DNA from: Waddliaceae bacterium
GTDB lineage: Bacteria > Chlamydiota > Chlamydiia > Chlamydiales > SLFE01
Assembly (NCBI GenBank): GCA_963771045.1
Contig: CAVYRW010000004.1
Location: forward strand, 832,001-896,000
DNA: 64,000 nucleotides
Direction of reading: 5' to 3'
The notes under the pieces are model-generated. The model made no database searches, was not told where the DNA came from, and saw nothing but the letters and a program-made list of their open reading frames with translations. Position 1 is the stretch's first letter. Each line of letters opens with the position of its first letter. The position numbers and the translations under genes are program-made. Positions 10,952 to 20,677 of this stretch are shown here, one piece after another.

Positions 10952-11010
10952 TCACAGGAATCCTCTTCCTTTAGGGAAAGGAGGATGTCAAAGATCACTG
11001 CCGATTTGTC
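10850..11010 (+). ncRNA. putative TnpB omega/reRNA scaffold with flank-derived guide
   Basis: Hairpin-rich region overlapping the tnpB 3' end up to TCAA at 10991; location inferred from known TnpB systems; boundaries approximate. Confidence 0.55.
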
Positions 11011-11075
11011 TTGACTGATAGGTCAGGTTAGAATATGAGTTGATTGACAACAAAATTTTTTAAAATACATATATT

Positions 11076-11801
11076 GTGGCACAGATATCCTTTAGACTGA
11101 TTTTTTTTGTATTTTGGATTTTTCCTTCATATCTATTAGCAGATGAGGGGGTTGCAATCATCGTTCCTTGCCATTACCGACATTTTTATTTTTTAGAGGA
11201 GCTTATAAATTCATATGCCTGTCAAACTGAGCTTCCCGATGAAATGGTGATTTCATTATCTGAAGCTTATAGGATTCCTGAAGATGATATTATCTCTTTA
11301 ACAAATAAGCCTTGTCCTTTCAAAGTGATTTTAGTGTCTCATAATGATAGTCTAAGCGCAGGAGGCAACCGGAATATCGCCTGCGAACATTCAAGCGGAG
11401 ATATTTTTATTTGTCAGGATGCAGATGATCTTCCCCATCCTCAAAGAGTTGAAATTTTGAAATACATATTTCGCCACTCTAGGTTTGATCATATTATTCA
11501 TCGCTGGATTAAGGTAGATCAGATTGATCAAATTGATAGATGGCATGATTACGACTGCAATCATCTCCACTACTACAAAATAAACTCTCTAAAAGATTTG
11601 AAGAGATTCGACTCTTTAACTTACGGCTGCATTGCAATAAGAAAATCTGTTTGGGAAAAAATTCGTTGGCCTACTTCTCAAAAAGTGGGAGAAGATATTA
11701 AATTTAATCGTCGATGCATTAGAATTTTTAAAAATACAGCCGTATTGGATGCACCTTTGCTAATCTACCGTTTCGAATATTCTTCATTCAGAAACGAGTG
11801 A
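11076..11801 (+). CDS. glycosyltransferase family 2 with N-terminal signal-like peptide
   Basis: VAIIVPC, GGNRN, FICQDADD, GED motifs. Confidence 0.88.
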   Translation: MAQISFRLIFFVFWIFPSYLLADEGVAIIVPCHYRHFYFLEELINSYACQTELPDEMVISLSEAYRIPEDDIISLTNKPCPFKVILVSHNDSLSAGGNRNIACEHSSGDIFICQDADDLPHPQRVEILKYIFRHSRFDHIIHRWIKVDQIDQIDRWHDYDCNHLHYYKINSLKDLKRFDSLTYGCIAIRKSVWEKIRWPTSQKVGEDIKFNRRCIRIFKNTAVLDAPLLIYRFEYSSFRNE

Positions 11802-12722
11802 GGAGTTGACCCAATGAGTCACAATCTCAATCATATTGTCTCTTAAAATCCGATAACCTTGCGGGTTTTTCGGGGGATGCTGCAGGTTATATTTTCCCCT
11901 TAAAATGTCGCGCCGTGAACAGTGATTGACGAGGCCTCTCAAGCCTTTGAAACGATAGTCGAGTGCATTGACAAGAATGACGGGGGTCTCAAACGCAAGG
12001 CATGGCATCGTCGCATGAAACCGCGAGGTAAGAACACATTTTGCTTTTCGATATTTGTTGAGGAGATTTTCTGCATATTCCAACCGTTTTTCAGGATCAA
12101 ATTGGATATCTAGAGGAATCGTATGCGTCATTTCAATCACTTTTGCCTTTGTATGCATTCTTACATAGTTGGCAATTGACTTGTCGAGATCGACAATGTA
12201 AATGATGTTGTCTCTTTCGGTGAAAGGATTGTCGAGCGTCAAGGTTAAACAACCGGAAAGATAGCTGGGGATATCTCTATTTTGCAGTTCCTTGAGGGTG
12301 AATAAATCCCTGGCGCCGACGGGCCCGTGTGTCTTCATATAATCCACAGCTTCCGGGGAAAAAGCTTCAGGAAGAAAGCCTTTTGTGAAGTGAAGTGAAA
12401 TCAGCAGAGGTGAAATGCTGGGCGGAGGAGGCCAGCTTTTCTCGGGGGGCGAAAAGGAATTCAGGTACCATCCGTTCTTTTTTGTGTGCATCAGCCACCC
12501 ATTGATAATGGTAGGTATCGGGTAGTCATGCTGAAAGCTTCCAATAAATTCACGATCGATCGGAATGCTGCCTTCAGGAAGGAATCGCTTAGCGGCAAGT
12601 GACTGAATATCATCTCCGATGTTGAAAGATGAATAAGAAATGTATCCAAATTCTTCAAAGCAAAAAACTAGTGAACTAAATCCTAGCCATAGGATGAGGA
12701 AAATTCCGCTAACTTTTTTCAT
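11784..12722 (-). CDS. polysaccharide pyruvyl transferase family protein
   Basis: NIGDDIQSLA, GARD, SGCLTLTL, TSRFHATMPC. Confidence 0.85.
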   Translation of the reverse strand: MKKVSGIFLILWLGFSSLVFCFEEFGYISYSSFNIGDDIQSLAAKRFLPEGSIPIDREFIGSFQHDYPIPTIINGWLMHTKKNGWYLNSFSPPEKSWPPPPSISPLLISLHFTKGFLPEAFSPEAVDYMKTHGPVGARDLFTLKELQNRDIPSYLSGCLTLTLDNPFTERDNIIYIVDLDKSIANYVRMHTKAKVIEMTHTIPLDIQFDPEKRLEYAENLLNKYRKAKCVLTSRFHATMPCLAFETPVILVNALDYRFKGLRGLVNHCSRRDILRGKYNLQHPPKNPQGYRILRDNMIEIVTHWVNSSLVSE

Positions 12723-12728
12723 AGGCTT

Positions 12729-13298
12729 TCAAATTCTATGCTCCCAGACGGTTTCTGGGGTCTTTGTTATGTAGTTGATCAGGCGCGTTAGAACGAATAA
12801 ATAATCCGATAAGCGGTTGAGATAGATAATGACATTGTCGTCAATAGCGGCGTGGTGGTGGAGGGGAATGGCGTGGCGTTCGGCTCTTCTGCACATATTC
12901 CTTGCCAAATGCAGCGCTGCGGCTCCAGGGTGCCCTCCGGGAAGTATAAAGGTTTTTAGCTTCGGGAGGGTTTCATCCATTTCATCGATCCATTTTTCCA
13001 GGAGTTCAACTCCTTCATTGCCGAATCTGGTTTTGCTGACTTTTTCCTTAGATGACCGATTGCGCGGCGTGGCGACGGCGGCTCCAAGATCAAACAAGGC
13101 GTGCTGAATGGAAATAAGCTGACTGCGGGCAGGGGAGAAGCTGGCTTCTTCAGGAAGAAGCGCCAAGGCCAGGCCTATAGCCGAACTGCATTCATCAATG
13201 GTTCCGAGGGCGTGCATAAACGAATCGTCTTTAGGAATACGCTGTCCGGAAAATAACGATGTTTCGCCTTTGTCGCCCGTTTTAGTATAAATTGGCAT
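12729..13298 (-). CDS. pduO: ATP:cob(I)alamin adenosyltransferase, PduO type
   Basis: IYTKTGDKGET, FILPGG, RRAER, YLNRLSDYLF. Confidence 0.92.
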   Translation of the reverse strand: MPIYTKTGDKGETSLFSGQRIPKDDSFMHALGTIDECSSAIGLALALLPEEASFSPARSQLISIQHALFDLGAAVATPRNRSSKEKVSKTRFGNEGVELLEKWIDEMDETLPKLKTFILPGGHPGAAALHLARNMCRRAERHAIPLHHHAAIDDNVIIYLNRLSDYLFVLTRLINYITKTPETVWEHRI

Positions 13299-13348
13299 CT
13301 CACTCTCCTACTAAAGTTTTTTTATATACACGTCAAACTTTTTTTGTT

Positions 13349-14875
13349 CTACTCGGGATAAACGATGGACAGCTGTTTTTTCAATTCTTTCAAAGCTCTT
13401 GGCATATGACCTCTGGAGAGGACGATCTCCTCAGCATTATGGCAGTGTTTCCAGGCTTCGTCGAATTCAAATCGTTTTGCGCAAAGGATAGTTAAAATGT
13501 ATTCGACGGTAGGGTTGTTTGGATCCAGCTTATGAAGTTTTTTAAGGATTTCCAAGGCTTCGCCTTCGCGATGCAGCTGTGTGAGTGTGATGCCGAGGTT
13601 GAGCCAGCCGCTTCGAAAGAGAGGCTGCTTTTCTAAAGTGGTTTCGAGCATTTCCTTTTTATTAATGAGCGACTGCCTTTGCTGGTCAACGTAGTGAAAA
13701 CAGGAATAAAGACCTTCCTCGTCGGTATTGCCGAAAAGCAGGTCTTCGCTCAATGGGTCTTTGACCACGGCATATTCAGGGATTATCGATTGCGTTTTTT
13801 CCAAAAGGTTCAATCCTTTTTCTTTTTCACCTGTCAATATGAGGGAATAGGCGTAAAGTTCTGAAATTTGCGAGTCGTTCTCGATATAATTTAAGGCGAT
13901 TTCATAACATTCCCTGGCTTTTTGAATATGCTCATGATTTAAAAAAATCGACGCCTGGTTGACATGGGCAAAACCGATTGTCTCTTTGAGATTTCTTTTT
14001 TGAAGACTTCGGGTATTCATGCCGAGATAGGCCTCTGATTCGATGTCGATGCCCCGAGCTGTCGTTTCGATGTTGATGATGCGGTCTCCTTGACGGTAGC
14101 GGACATAGATGTGGCCGGGCGGTGTGATAATTTCCAGGGGGACGCCGAGCCTTTGAGCCAGGCAGAGGTAGAGGATGGAGACCCCCAGACAAACCCCTCT
14201 TCTGGAATCCAAAACATTGGGGAGGAAGGTGTATAGGTCGATATCTTTCGAATAGACGGAGTGGGGAGGAAAGCGGAATTCCATCTCTTCGAAGACAAAT
14301 CGATTCATTTCTCTGACAACGTCTTCCGGTTCGGGATAAGGGCTAAGGCGCGCCTGAATTTGCAGGGCCATAAGATCCATCATGGCCTCGTAGGTGTAAA
14401 TCTCATCCCACGATACAATGTTGCGCCCAAGCTGGCTTAAGAAAAGCCCCCTGGCCAGATCGATTTCTTCGGGGGGAAGCTGGGTGACGTCCTCTTCTTT
14501 TGAGGCGCCGAATCCTTTGAGCTTTCGATTTTTCAGTTCCTTCGAGAGTTGATTGATTGTTCCAAGGTCTTGAACGGTAAGAGGGGGCGGTTTTTCTTCA
14601 GGCTGCTTATTGACGAGGGAGATCATTGCCTGCAGGGCATCGGAAGAGGGGAGCGCTGCAAGAGTCCCCTGCTTTCCGGAGCGGCCCGATATAAGCGCCC
14701 ACGCTCTTTGGAGGGCTGTATGTCCTTCAGTTGTTTCGGGATAGAGTTGATAGAACGCAAGATTTTGCGAGACGGATTTCGGGTCAAGGCTGCTCAGTAG
14801 TGTCTTGAGTTTTTTATCGTTACCATAGGCTTGGGCTGCGACGAGCAGCAATAAGACAATCAATAGCCCTCTCAT
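13349..14875 (-). CDS. transglutaminase-like (SirB1-type) plus TPR protein, exported
   Basis: VLDSRRGVCLGVSILY..PGHIYVRY..IETT triad pattern, C-terminal TPRs, signal peptide; start chosen at MRGLL. Confidence 0.8.
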   Translation of the reverse strand: MRGLLIVLLLLVAAQAYGNDKKLKTLLSSLDPKSVSQNLAFYQLYPETTEGHTALQRAWALISGRSGKQGTLAALPSSDALQAMISLVNKQPEEKPPPLTVQDLGTINQLSKELKNRKLKGFGASKEEDVTQLPPEEIDLARGLFLSQLGRNIVSWDEIYTYEAMMDLMALQIQARLSPYPEPEDVVREMNRFVFEEMEFRFPPHSVYSKDIDLYTFLPNVLDSRRGVCLGVSILYLCLAQRLGVPLEIITPPGHIYVRYRQGDRIINIETTARGIDIESEAYLGMNTRSLQKRNLKETIGFAHVNQASIFLNHEHIQKARECYEIALNYIENDSQISELYAYSLILTGEKEKGLNLLEKTQSIIPEYAVVKDPLSEDLLFGNTDEEGLYSCFHYVDQQRQSLINKKEMLETTLEKQPLFRSGWLNLGITLTQLHREGEALEILKKLHKLDPNNPTVEYILTILCAKRFEFDEAWKHCHNAEEIVLSRGHMPRALKELKKQLSIVYPE

Positions 14876-14907
14876 GCCTTCAAACATAACCGGAATAGAC
14901 GTAATTC

Positions 14908-16485
14908 TCAAGAGAGGATTTCGTTTTTGATCATCTCTTTTAGCGATTTGTGAGAGGCGATTTCTTCGAGAAGGGGGCGGTGGCGGATGCTCCAGTTGCG
15001 GTCCGAGATGACGCCGGGCAGGTTGATCCTCTCATCTTCCATATTTTCCCAGACTAGTTCGGGAAAAAGGGCCAGGTATTCAGAAAGGAGGTTGATGTGG
15101 AAGAGGCTGGAGCTGCTGTGGCTCTCTTGAAGGAGTTTAATTCGTTGCTCTTGCGTGATCAGCGGGGTGTGCTTCCAACGCTTATAATAGCAGAAAATAT
15201 CGACTTCTTCGGGGTTGTTGCGCCACCAAAGATCGACAGTTTCCCCATCGTGGGTCGAGACAGTACTAAGGCTAAGAGGGGGGAATTTCTTCGACCAGGC
15301 GAGGCTGTAGTCGCTTCTCTTTAAACGAAGGACCCTCATGCCGGGAATTCCCATTTCTTCCATGACATCGTGCACGCCTTCAGGAACGGTTCCGAGATCC
15401 TCGCCGATAGGCAGCATTCCAGTGCAGCTGAGCATCATTTCAAGGCGTTCTTTTCCCGTTTTATACCATTCAGCATGGCCATTTGGGACATAGTAGCCGT
15501 CGATGGGTAGGGAGTCGTCCGGAATGGCCCATATACGGAAAAAGCCCATGATGTGGTCCAGGCGGTATATGTCATAGAGTTTGGAAGCGGTGCCGAGGCG
15601 CAGTTTCCACCAGCGATAATCCTGCTGTTTCAATTTGTCCCAATTGAAAAGGGGAAAGCCCCAGTTCTGTCCGTCGATATTATAGATATCGGGAGGAGCG
15701 CCAGCTGAGAGGTCAAGGTCGAAAAGGTTTCGGTGGCACCACACCTCTTCGCTGTCGGGGCTAATGAGGATCGGAATATCGCCTTTAAGCAAAATACCTT
15801 TCTGATTGGCGGCTTTTTTGACATCCTGAAGTTGTTTGAAACACAAATACTGCACAAAGATATGAAAATTGTATTCTTCGGGCATTTCCTTTTTGATACG
15901 ATCGAGAAGCTTATCGCTAGGCGTGCGGATTTCCTCGTCCCAAGTTTGCCAGGATTTCCAATCGTTGCCCATTTTCAAGATTTTGAAAACAGAGTAACCT
16001 TTCAGCCAAGGATTGTCCTTGACAAAGTTCTTGTATTCTTCGGATTCCATAATCCGTTTCCCGACTTTGGCAAAGTAATCTTTAAGGTATTTGAGTTTGT
16101 AAATGCGAACTTTTGGATAATCGACTCTCTGGAGTTTGTTGAGTTCTGTCAGGGTATGGATATCTTCGGTCTCAAAAAAATCGGGCAGGTGCCTTAAACC
16201 GAGATTGAGGGGGTTTAAAGCATTTGCGGAAATAGCGTTATAAGGGCTTGAGTCGAGGCCGGGATCGTTGACGGGAAGGATCTGGATGACGTTCATTCCG
16301 ATATCGGCGCACCAATCGACCAGATACATCAGGTCGGAATATTCGCCGATGCCCATGCTGTCTAAGCTTCTTAAGGAAAAAACTGGCATAAGTATGCCGT
16401 GATGGTGGTTGATGCCGATTTTTTCCCAGTGCCTCGCTGCGGTGGTTTGCCTGATACTTTGCAAAATCTCTTCATCAACGGTCAT
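14908..16485 (-). CDS. malQ: 4-alpha-glucanotransferase (amylomaltase)
   Basis: SSPY, GAPPD, GQNWGFP, RLDHIMGFFRIW, GEDLG, THD. Confidence 0.95.
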   Translation of the reverse strand: MTVDEEILQSIRQTTAARHWEKIGINHHHGILMPVFSLRSLDSMGIGEYSDLMYLVDWCADIGMNVIQILPVNDPGLDSSPYNAISANALNPLNLGLRHLPDFFETEDIHTLTELNKLQRVDYPKVRIYKLKYLKDYFAKVGKRIMESEEYKNFVKDNPWLKGYSVFKILKMGNDWKSWQTWDEEIRTPSDKLLDRIKKEMPEEYNFHIFVQYLCFKQLQDVKKAANQKGILLKGDIPILISPDSEEVWCHRNLFDLDLSAGAPPDIYNIDGQNWGFPLFNWDKLKQQDYRWWKLRLGTASKLYDIYRLDHIMGFFRIWAIPDDSLPIDGYYVPNGHAEWYKTGKERLEMMLSCTGMLPIGEDLGTVPEGVHDVMEEMGIPGMRVLRLKRSDYSLAWSKKFPPLSLSTVSTHDGETVDLWWRNNPEEVDIFCYYKRWKHTPLITQEQRIKLLQESHSSSSLFHINLLSEYLALFPELVWENMEDERINLPGVISDRNWSIRHRPLLEEIASHKSLKEMIKNEILS

Positions 16486-16949
16486 CTTTTAATCCCTAAG
16501 ATTTCCAGGATATCGGGGGCTTGGGACGGGTCTGGTTTCGAGGCAATCGGCGTTGCCGAGCTGCTCAAAGCCCTTTCCCAGTTTCTGGCCATTTCAATGA
16601 AGCCGGGAAGCTGTTCGATTAAAGTTTTTTTTGTCATTTTTGAAAGGGGAAAGCGGCGGTGCAAAACCAAGTTTTCGGAGGAGGAATCAAAACCTAAAAT
16701 ACCGAAGTGCGGCGGCGGGTAGGCATTGGATTTTAAGGCTTGTTCGAGAACATTTTGCCTGTACATGCCGGACGGGACTTTTCCCAGGAGTGCGCTAACG
16801 ATGACAAATTCTCCTTCGTCGTCCATTTCGATCTGCACAGCCCGGCCGCCCAATGTGATGGTATATGAAGGGCTGTCTTTTATCTCGATATTGAGGCCGA
16901 GGCTTTTTACAAGATCGTCAACAATTTTGGTTAAAGGGGATTTAGGCAT
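16482..16949 (-). CDS. scc1: T3SS class I chaperone (SycE/CesT family), Scc1
   Basis: CesT-like size and pattern (EQALKSN..GILGF..LVLHRRF); located between copN and malQ. Confidence 0.8.
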   Translation of the reverse strand: MPKSPLTKIVDDLVKSLGLNIEIKDSPSYTITLGGRAVQIEMDDEGEFVIVSALLGKVPSGMYRQNVLEQALKSNAYPPPHFGILGFDSSSENLVLHRRFPLSKMTKKTLIEQLPGFIEMARNWERALSSSATPIASKPDPSQAPDILEILGIKR

Positions 16950-16952
16950 AAA

Positions 16953-18461
16953 TTATAACTCCAAATTAAATCCAAAATCTTCTATATCAATATCTTCAAT
17001 TTCTTCTTCATCAATTTCTTCTTCCTCGAGAAGAGCTTCTTCTTCAAGCTCTTCGAGCTCTTCTTCCAGCCCCTCGAGAGCTTCGATAATTGCCGCATAG
17101 ACTTCATCGCGATGCTGAGGCGAGTTGTAGACATAGCCTGGGTCCACCTGTCTTACTGCATTGCGCATAATGCTTAGGATAATGATCTTGGCTTTAATGA
17201 GTTTAATAGGATCTTGTATGCTGGCACGTGAGATAATGGCATTGGCATTTTGCAGCGCTTTGTCGGAAGAGGGGTAGCGGTCTCTTGCAAACTGCAAAAA
17301 TTGTTTGGAGATCAATTCGGCGTCGATTTCCTGCGGAAAAGCTTTTTTGATCTCAGCGAAAGGGACTTTTCGCCTTGCCATAATCAACCTCGTTTAAGCT
17401 GCCGGAGATGCCTCGGTTTCAGCAGGTCCTATATTCTATGTACCATTTTTTCTTCCAGGTGGGCAATTCTTTTTGTATGACATTATGCAATTGCTTAAAG
17501 CTTGTATTGTGTTTGAGAACTTTAATTAGATCTCGTAAATATGCGTTGGAAATGTGGTCGCCTTCTGAATTGATAAAATCGCCCTTCTCGCGTCCAAACA
17601 CTGTGAATAGAGGGTTAAGCTGGTCTTTGGTATATCCCGTACAGAACTGAATATGGTCTTGGCTATTGGTTTTAGTGCTGAGAATCTTGATTGCTTCTTC
17701 CAATTTGAAGGTAGGGTTTTTTGCAGCGAAGTCTTCTTCTAATTTTAATCTGTAAGTGACTGCGCGCGATGTCGGCTGGCCAAATAAAGGGTTGTATCTG
17801 TCGACGAGTTCTGTATGGGACCAGAAGGCTTTTGTGAAGTCCGGAATCTTGCTCTTTAACCTCTTTAGCCTCTTTGGAGGTAAGTTCAAGTTCTATGTGG
17901 GTAATGGGATTCTTGATGATTTCATTTAATATTTTCTCGGCCCGCTTGATGGCTTCTTTTTGAGCATCGTCCGGCCTGTTAGGGTAGGATCCGAGCTTGC
18001 TGCCAATCAAAGATACAATGATCTCCTCGTATGCCGCGCCGCTATGCAGTTTTTTTATGAATGATTCTGCGTTTAGGATATGGCTTAGCTCGGCATCTTT
18101 TTTTCCGGTTTCTTCAAATTTTGCCAGCAGCTGTTTTTTCGTTTCCTCTTCGGATTTCACTTCGCCCTTCATGCCTACTTTCTGCACTTCCGCTCCTTCT
18201 TCTACAGGGGCTTCTTCTTCGGGTCTTTCCGCTTTTTCTGCTTTTTTTACCCGCTGTAAAACAGGTTTTCCTTTCTTTTTCAGCTCTTGGGTCGTTCTAC
18301 TTCGTATTTTCAGGCTGGCGTCTTGCTGACTGGAAAGTTCGGCATCTTGTTTAATATCTATAGCTTTAGCTTGTTCTTGGTAATTGGTCTAAAAGCTTGT
18401 CTAGTTTTGCTTCTTCAACTTTCCCTAAGAATTGGCTTATGGCTTCAGGATTTATAGACAT
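16953..18461 (-). CDS. copN: T3SS gatekeeper CopN/SctW, split by several frameshifts
   Basis: Located between sctV and scc1; ATG at 18461 with GAGGTG RBS; C-terminal QHRDEVYAAIIEALEGLEEE; ORF pieces 17672-18187, 17419-17889, 16953-17387. Confidence 0.7.
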
Positions 18462-18479
18462 AAATCACCTCACGTTTTT

Positions 18480-20663
18480 TTACGATATTTGTATGCGTCC
18501 CAGGGGCTGTATGCGGATGTCGGAGACGATCTCCTGGTAGGAGACCACGGAAATATCGGTAAATTCCATTTCGATCAGTTTGCGCACGAATCGGCGAACG
18601 TCGATAGCAGTCAGGATCACCGGCGGCTGGCCTCCCGGCGGGGGAGGGGCGACGGTCGTTCTGACGCTTTGCAAAATGAGTTGCACAGAGTCGGGGTCCA
18701 AGGCCAGGTATGAGCCCGCAGACGTTTGTTTAATGGCGCCTCGCACCATGTCTTCAATCTCTGGGTCCAATATATACACCGAAAGGACGGATTGGCCCTG
18801 AGAATATTTATAGCTTATATATCTTTTGAGCGAAGACCTCACGTATTCGGTTAGAAGAACGGTGTCTTTTTCGGTCTGCGCCCATTCGCTGAGCGATTCT
18901 AAAATCGTTCTTAGATCCTTGACCGATATTTGCTCCTGGATGAGCCGTTTCATAATATCGGTCATCTTTTGCAGGGGGATCAGGCGGGTCACTTCCTTGA
19001 CAAGGTCGGGGAAGGATTTTTCCATAAATTCAAGCATGGCTTTGGTTTCCTGAATTCCCACGAATTCTCCCGCATAGCCTCTGAAAAAGTAAGACAAATG
19101 CAGGATCACCACCTCAAGAGGCCCCCAGTATTTAATGCCGGCTTTGTCGAGAAGCTCTTGATATTGCTTTTCGACCCATTGAGAGGGAAGGCCGAGGGAA
19201 TTTTTATAAGTGGTAAATGGAAGGTTGTACCTTTGCAGGTTGTCCTCGGATTCATTGGTGAGAACCATTCCTTCAAGAATTTTACCACGAATGATGGGCA
19301 CCTCGTTGAGGTGGATGGAATATTCGTCTTTTTCAAGCGACGGCGAGTCCGTTCTGACGTGGACGCCGGGAAAGCGGACGCCCAGGTCGTGATAGAGGGC
19401 GTGGCGCATCTTCGGGATCATCTGGTCGATAAAGCTGATATTTTTTCCGCGCGTCGATTCTGTAATCAAACGGGACATGTCGGCCCCTACTTCCAGGATG
19501 ACGGGGAGCGTGAGCGAATAAGAGTCGATGCCTCCGCCCGAGACGACTTTATGCCCCTTGACCGGCGTTTGCACTGACGGAGCAGACGCTGTGCCCCCTT
19601 CGCCTCCGGGGCCTCCGCCCGTCGCCATCTCCCTTTCGGCGCGCATTTGCCCTGCCGACCAGAGGGCATAGCCGATGATTCCCATGATTGAGGCCAGAAA
19701 CATAAAAGGAGGGAGAGGAAAACCAGGGATCAGCCCAATTCCCATGAGGATAGCGCCGGCAATCAAAATCGCTTTTGGCTGGGCCATCAGCTGGCCGGAA
19801 ATATCGGTTCCCAGGTTGGAATTTGCCTCCTCGCTGGAAACACGGGTTGTCACGATACCGGCAGTGATGGAAATCAGGAGGGCGGGGATTTGAGAGACGA
19901 GCCCGTCTCCGATCGAGAGTATCGAGTAGGTATGTACGGCTGTCATCGCGTCCATTTTATTTAAGCCTATACCGATAATCAGTCCTCCGACGATGTTGAT
20001 CAGCGTAATCACAAGGCCGGCGATGGCGTCTCCTTTCACGAACTTCATCGCACCGTCCATAGCGCCGTAGAGCTGGCTTTCTTTTTGTATGCCCAGCCGT
20101 TTCTCACGCGCGGTGTCCGAATCGATCATGCCCGCTCGCAGATCGGCATCGATACTCATCTGTTTACCCGGCATAGCGTCCAATGTGAATCTAGCCGCGA
20201 CCTCTGCGACCCTTTCAGCCCCTTTGACGATGACGATAAACTGAACCAGCGTGATAATTAAAAAGATAATGCCGCCGACTACAAAGTTTCCTCCCACCAC
20301 AAAATCGCCGAAACCAAAAATAATTTCCCCTGCATTTGCCTGAAGAAGAATCTGCCTGGTGGTGGCAATGTTGAGCCCTAAACGATAAAGAGTTGTAAGT
20401 AACAGCAACGAGGGAAAAATCGACAGTTCGATTGCGCTCTTAATATACACCGAAACGATAAGTAAAGAAATCGCCGCAGTCAGGTTGAAAGCGATGAAGT
20501 AATCGAGCGCTGCCGGCGGAACGGGTATGATAATTAAAGATAAAATAGCAACGATGACCAGTACAAGTACTATGTCGCTGGATCTGGAAATGTTGGCCAT
20601 CGATCTCTCGCCGCCCAGCCTTGCGGATATTCCGTCCAGTATATTTCTTAATGATTTGAACAT
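18480..20663 (-). CDS. sctV: T3SS export apparatus protein SctV (CdsV/LcrD)
   Basis: RVAEVAARFTLDAMPGKQMSIDADL, YGAMDGAMKFVKGDA. Confidence 0.97.
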   Translation of the reverse strand: MFKSLRNILDGISARLGGERSMANISRSSDIVLVLVIVAILSLIIIPVPPAALDYFIAFNLTAAISLLIVSVYIKSAIELSIFPSLLLLTTLYRLGLNIATTRQILLQANAGEIIFGFGDFVVGGNFVVGGIIFLIITLVQFIVIVKGAERVAEVAARFTLDAMPGKQMSIDADLRAGMIDSDTAREKRLGIQKESQLYGAMDGAMKFVKGDAIAGLVITLINIVGGLIIGIGLNKMDAMTAVHTYSILSIGDGLVSQIPALLISITAGIVTTRVSSEEANSNLGTDISGQLMAQPKAILIAGAILMGIGLIPGFPLPPFMFLASIMGIIGYALWSAGQMRAEREMATGGGPGGEGGTASAPSVQTPVKGHKVVSGGGIDSYSLTLPVILEVGADMSRLITESTRGKNISFIDQMIPKMRHALYHDLGVRFPGVHVRTDSPSLEKDEYSIHLNEVPIIRGKILEGMVLTNESEDNLQRYNLPFTTYKNSLGLPSQWVEKQYQELLDKAGIKYWGPLEVVILHLSYFFRGYAGEFVGIQETKAMLEFMEKSFPDLVKEVTRLIPLQKMTDIMKRLIQEQISVKDLRTILESLSEWAQTEKDTVLLTEYVRSSLKRYISYKYSQGQSVLSVYILDPEIEDMVRGAIKQTSAGSYLALDPDSVQLILQSVRTTVAPPPPGGQPPVILTAIDVRRFVRKLIEMEFTDISVVSYQEIVSDIRIQPLGRIQIS

Positions 20664-20677
20664 TGATTGATTTCTAC

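Larger units (their letters stand above)
9073..10991 (+). mobile_element. IS200/IS605-family element with divergent tnpA and tnpB
   Basis: Subterminal hairpin-like motifs at ~9085-9115 and ~10957-10988; right end GGATGTCAA; left end inferred after TTTAT. Confidence 0.85.

Noticed and set aside
14908..16485. malQ inside the T3SS operon as a novelty
   Set aside because: Already known from Chlamydia genomes.
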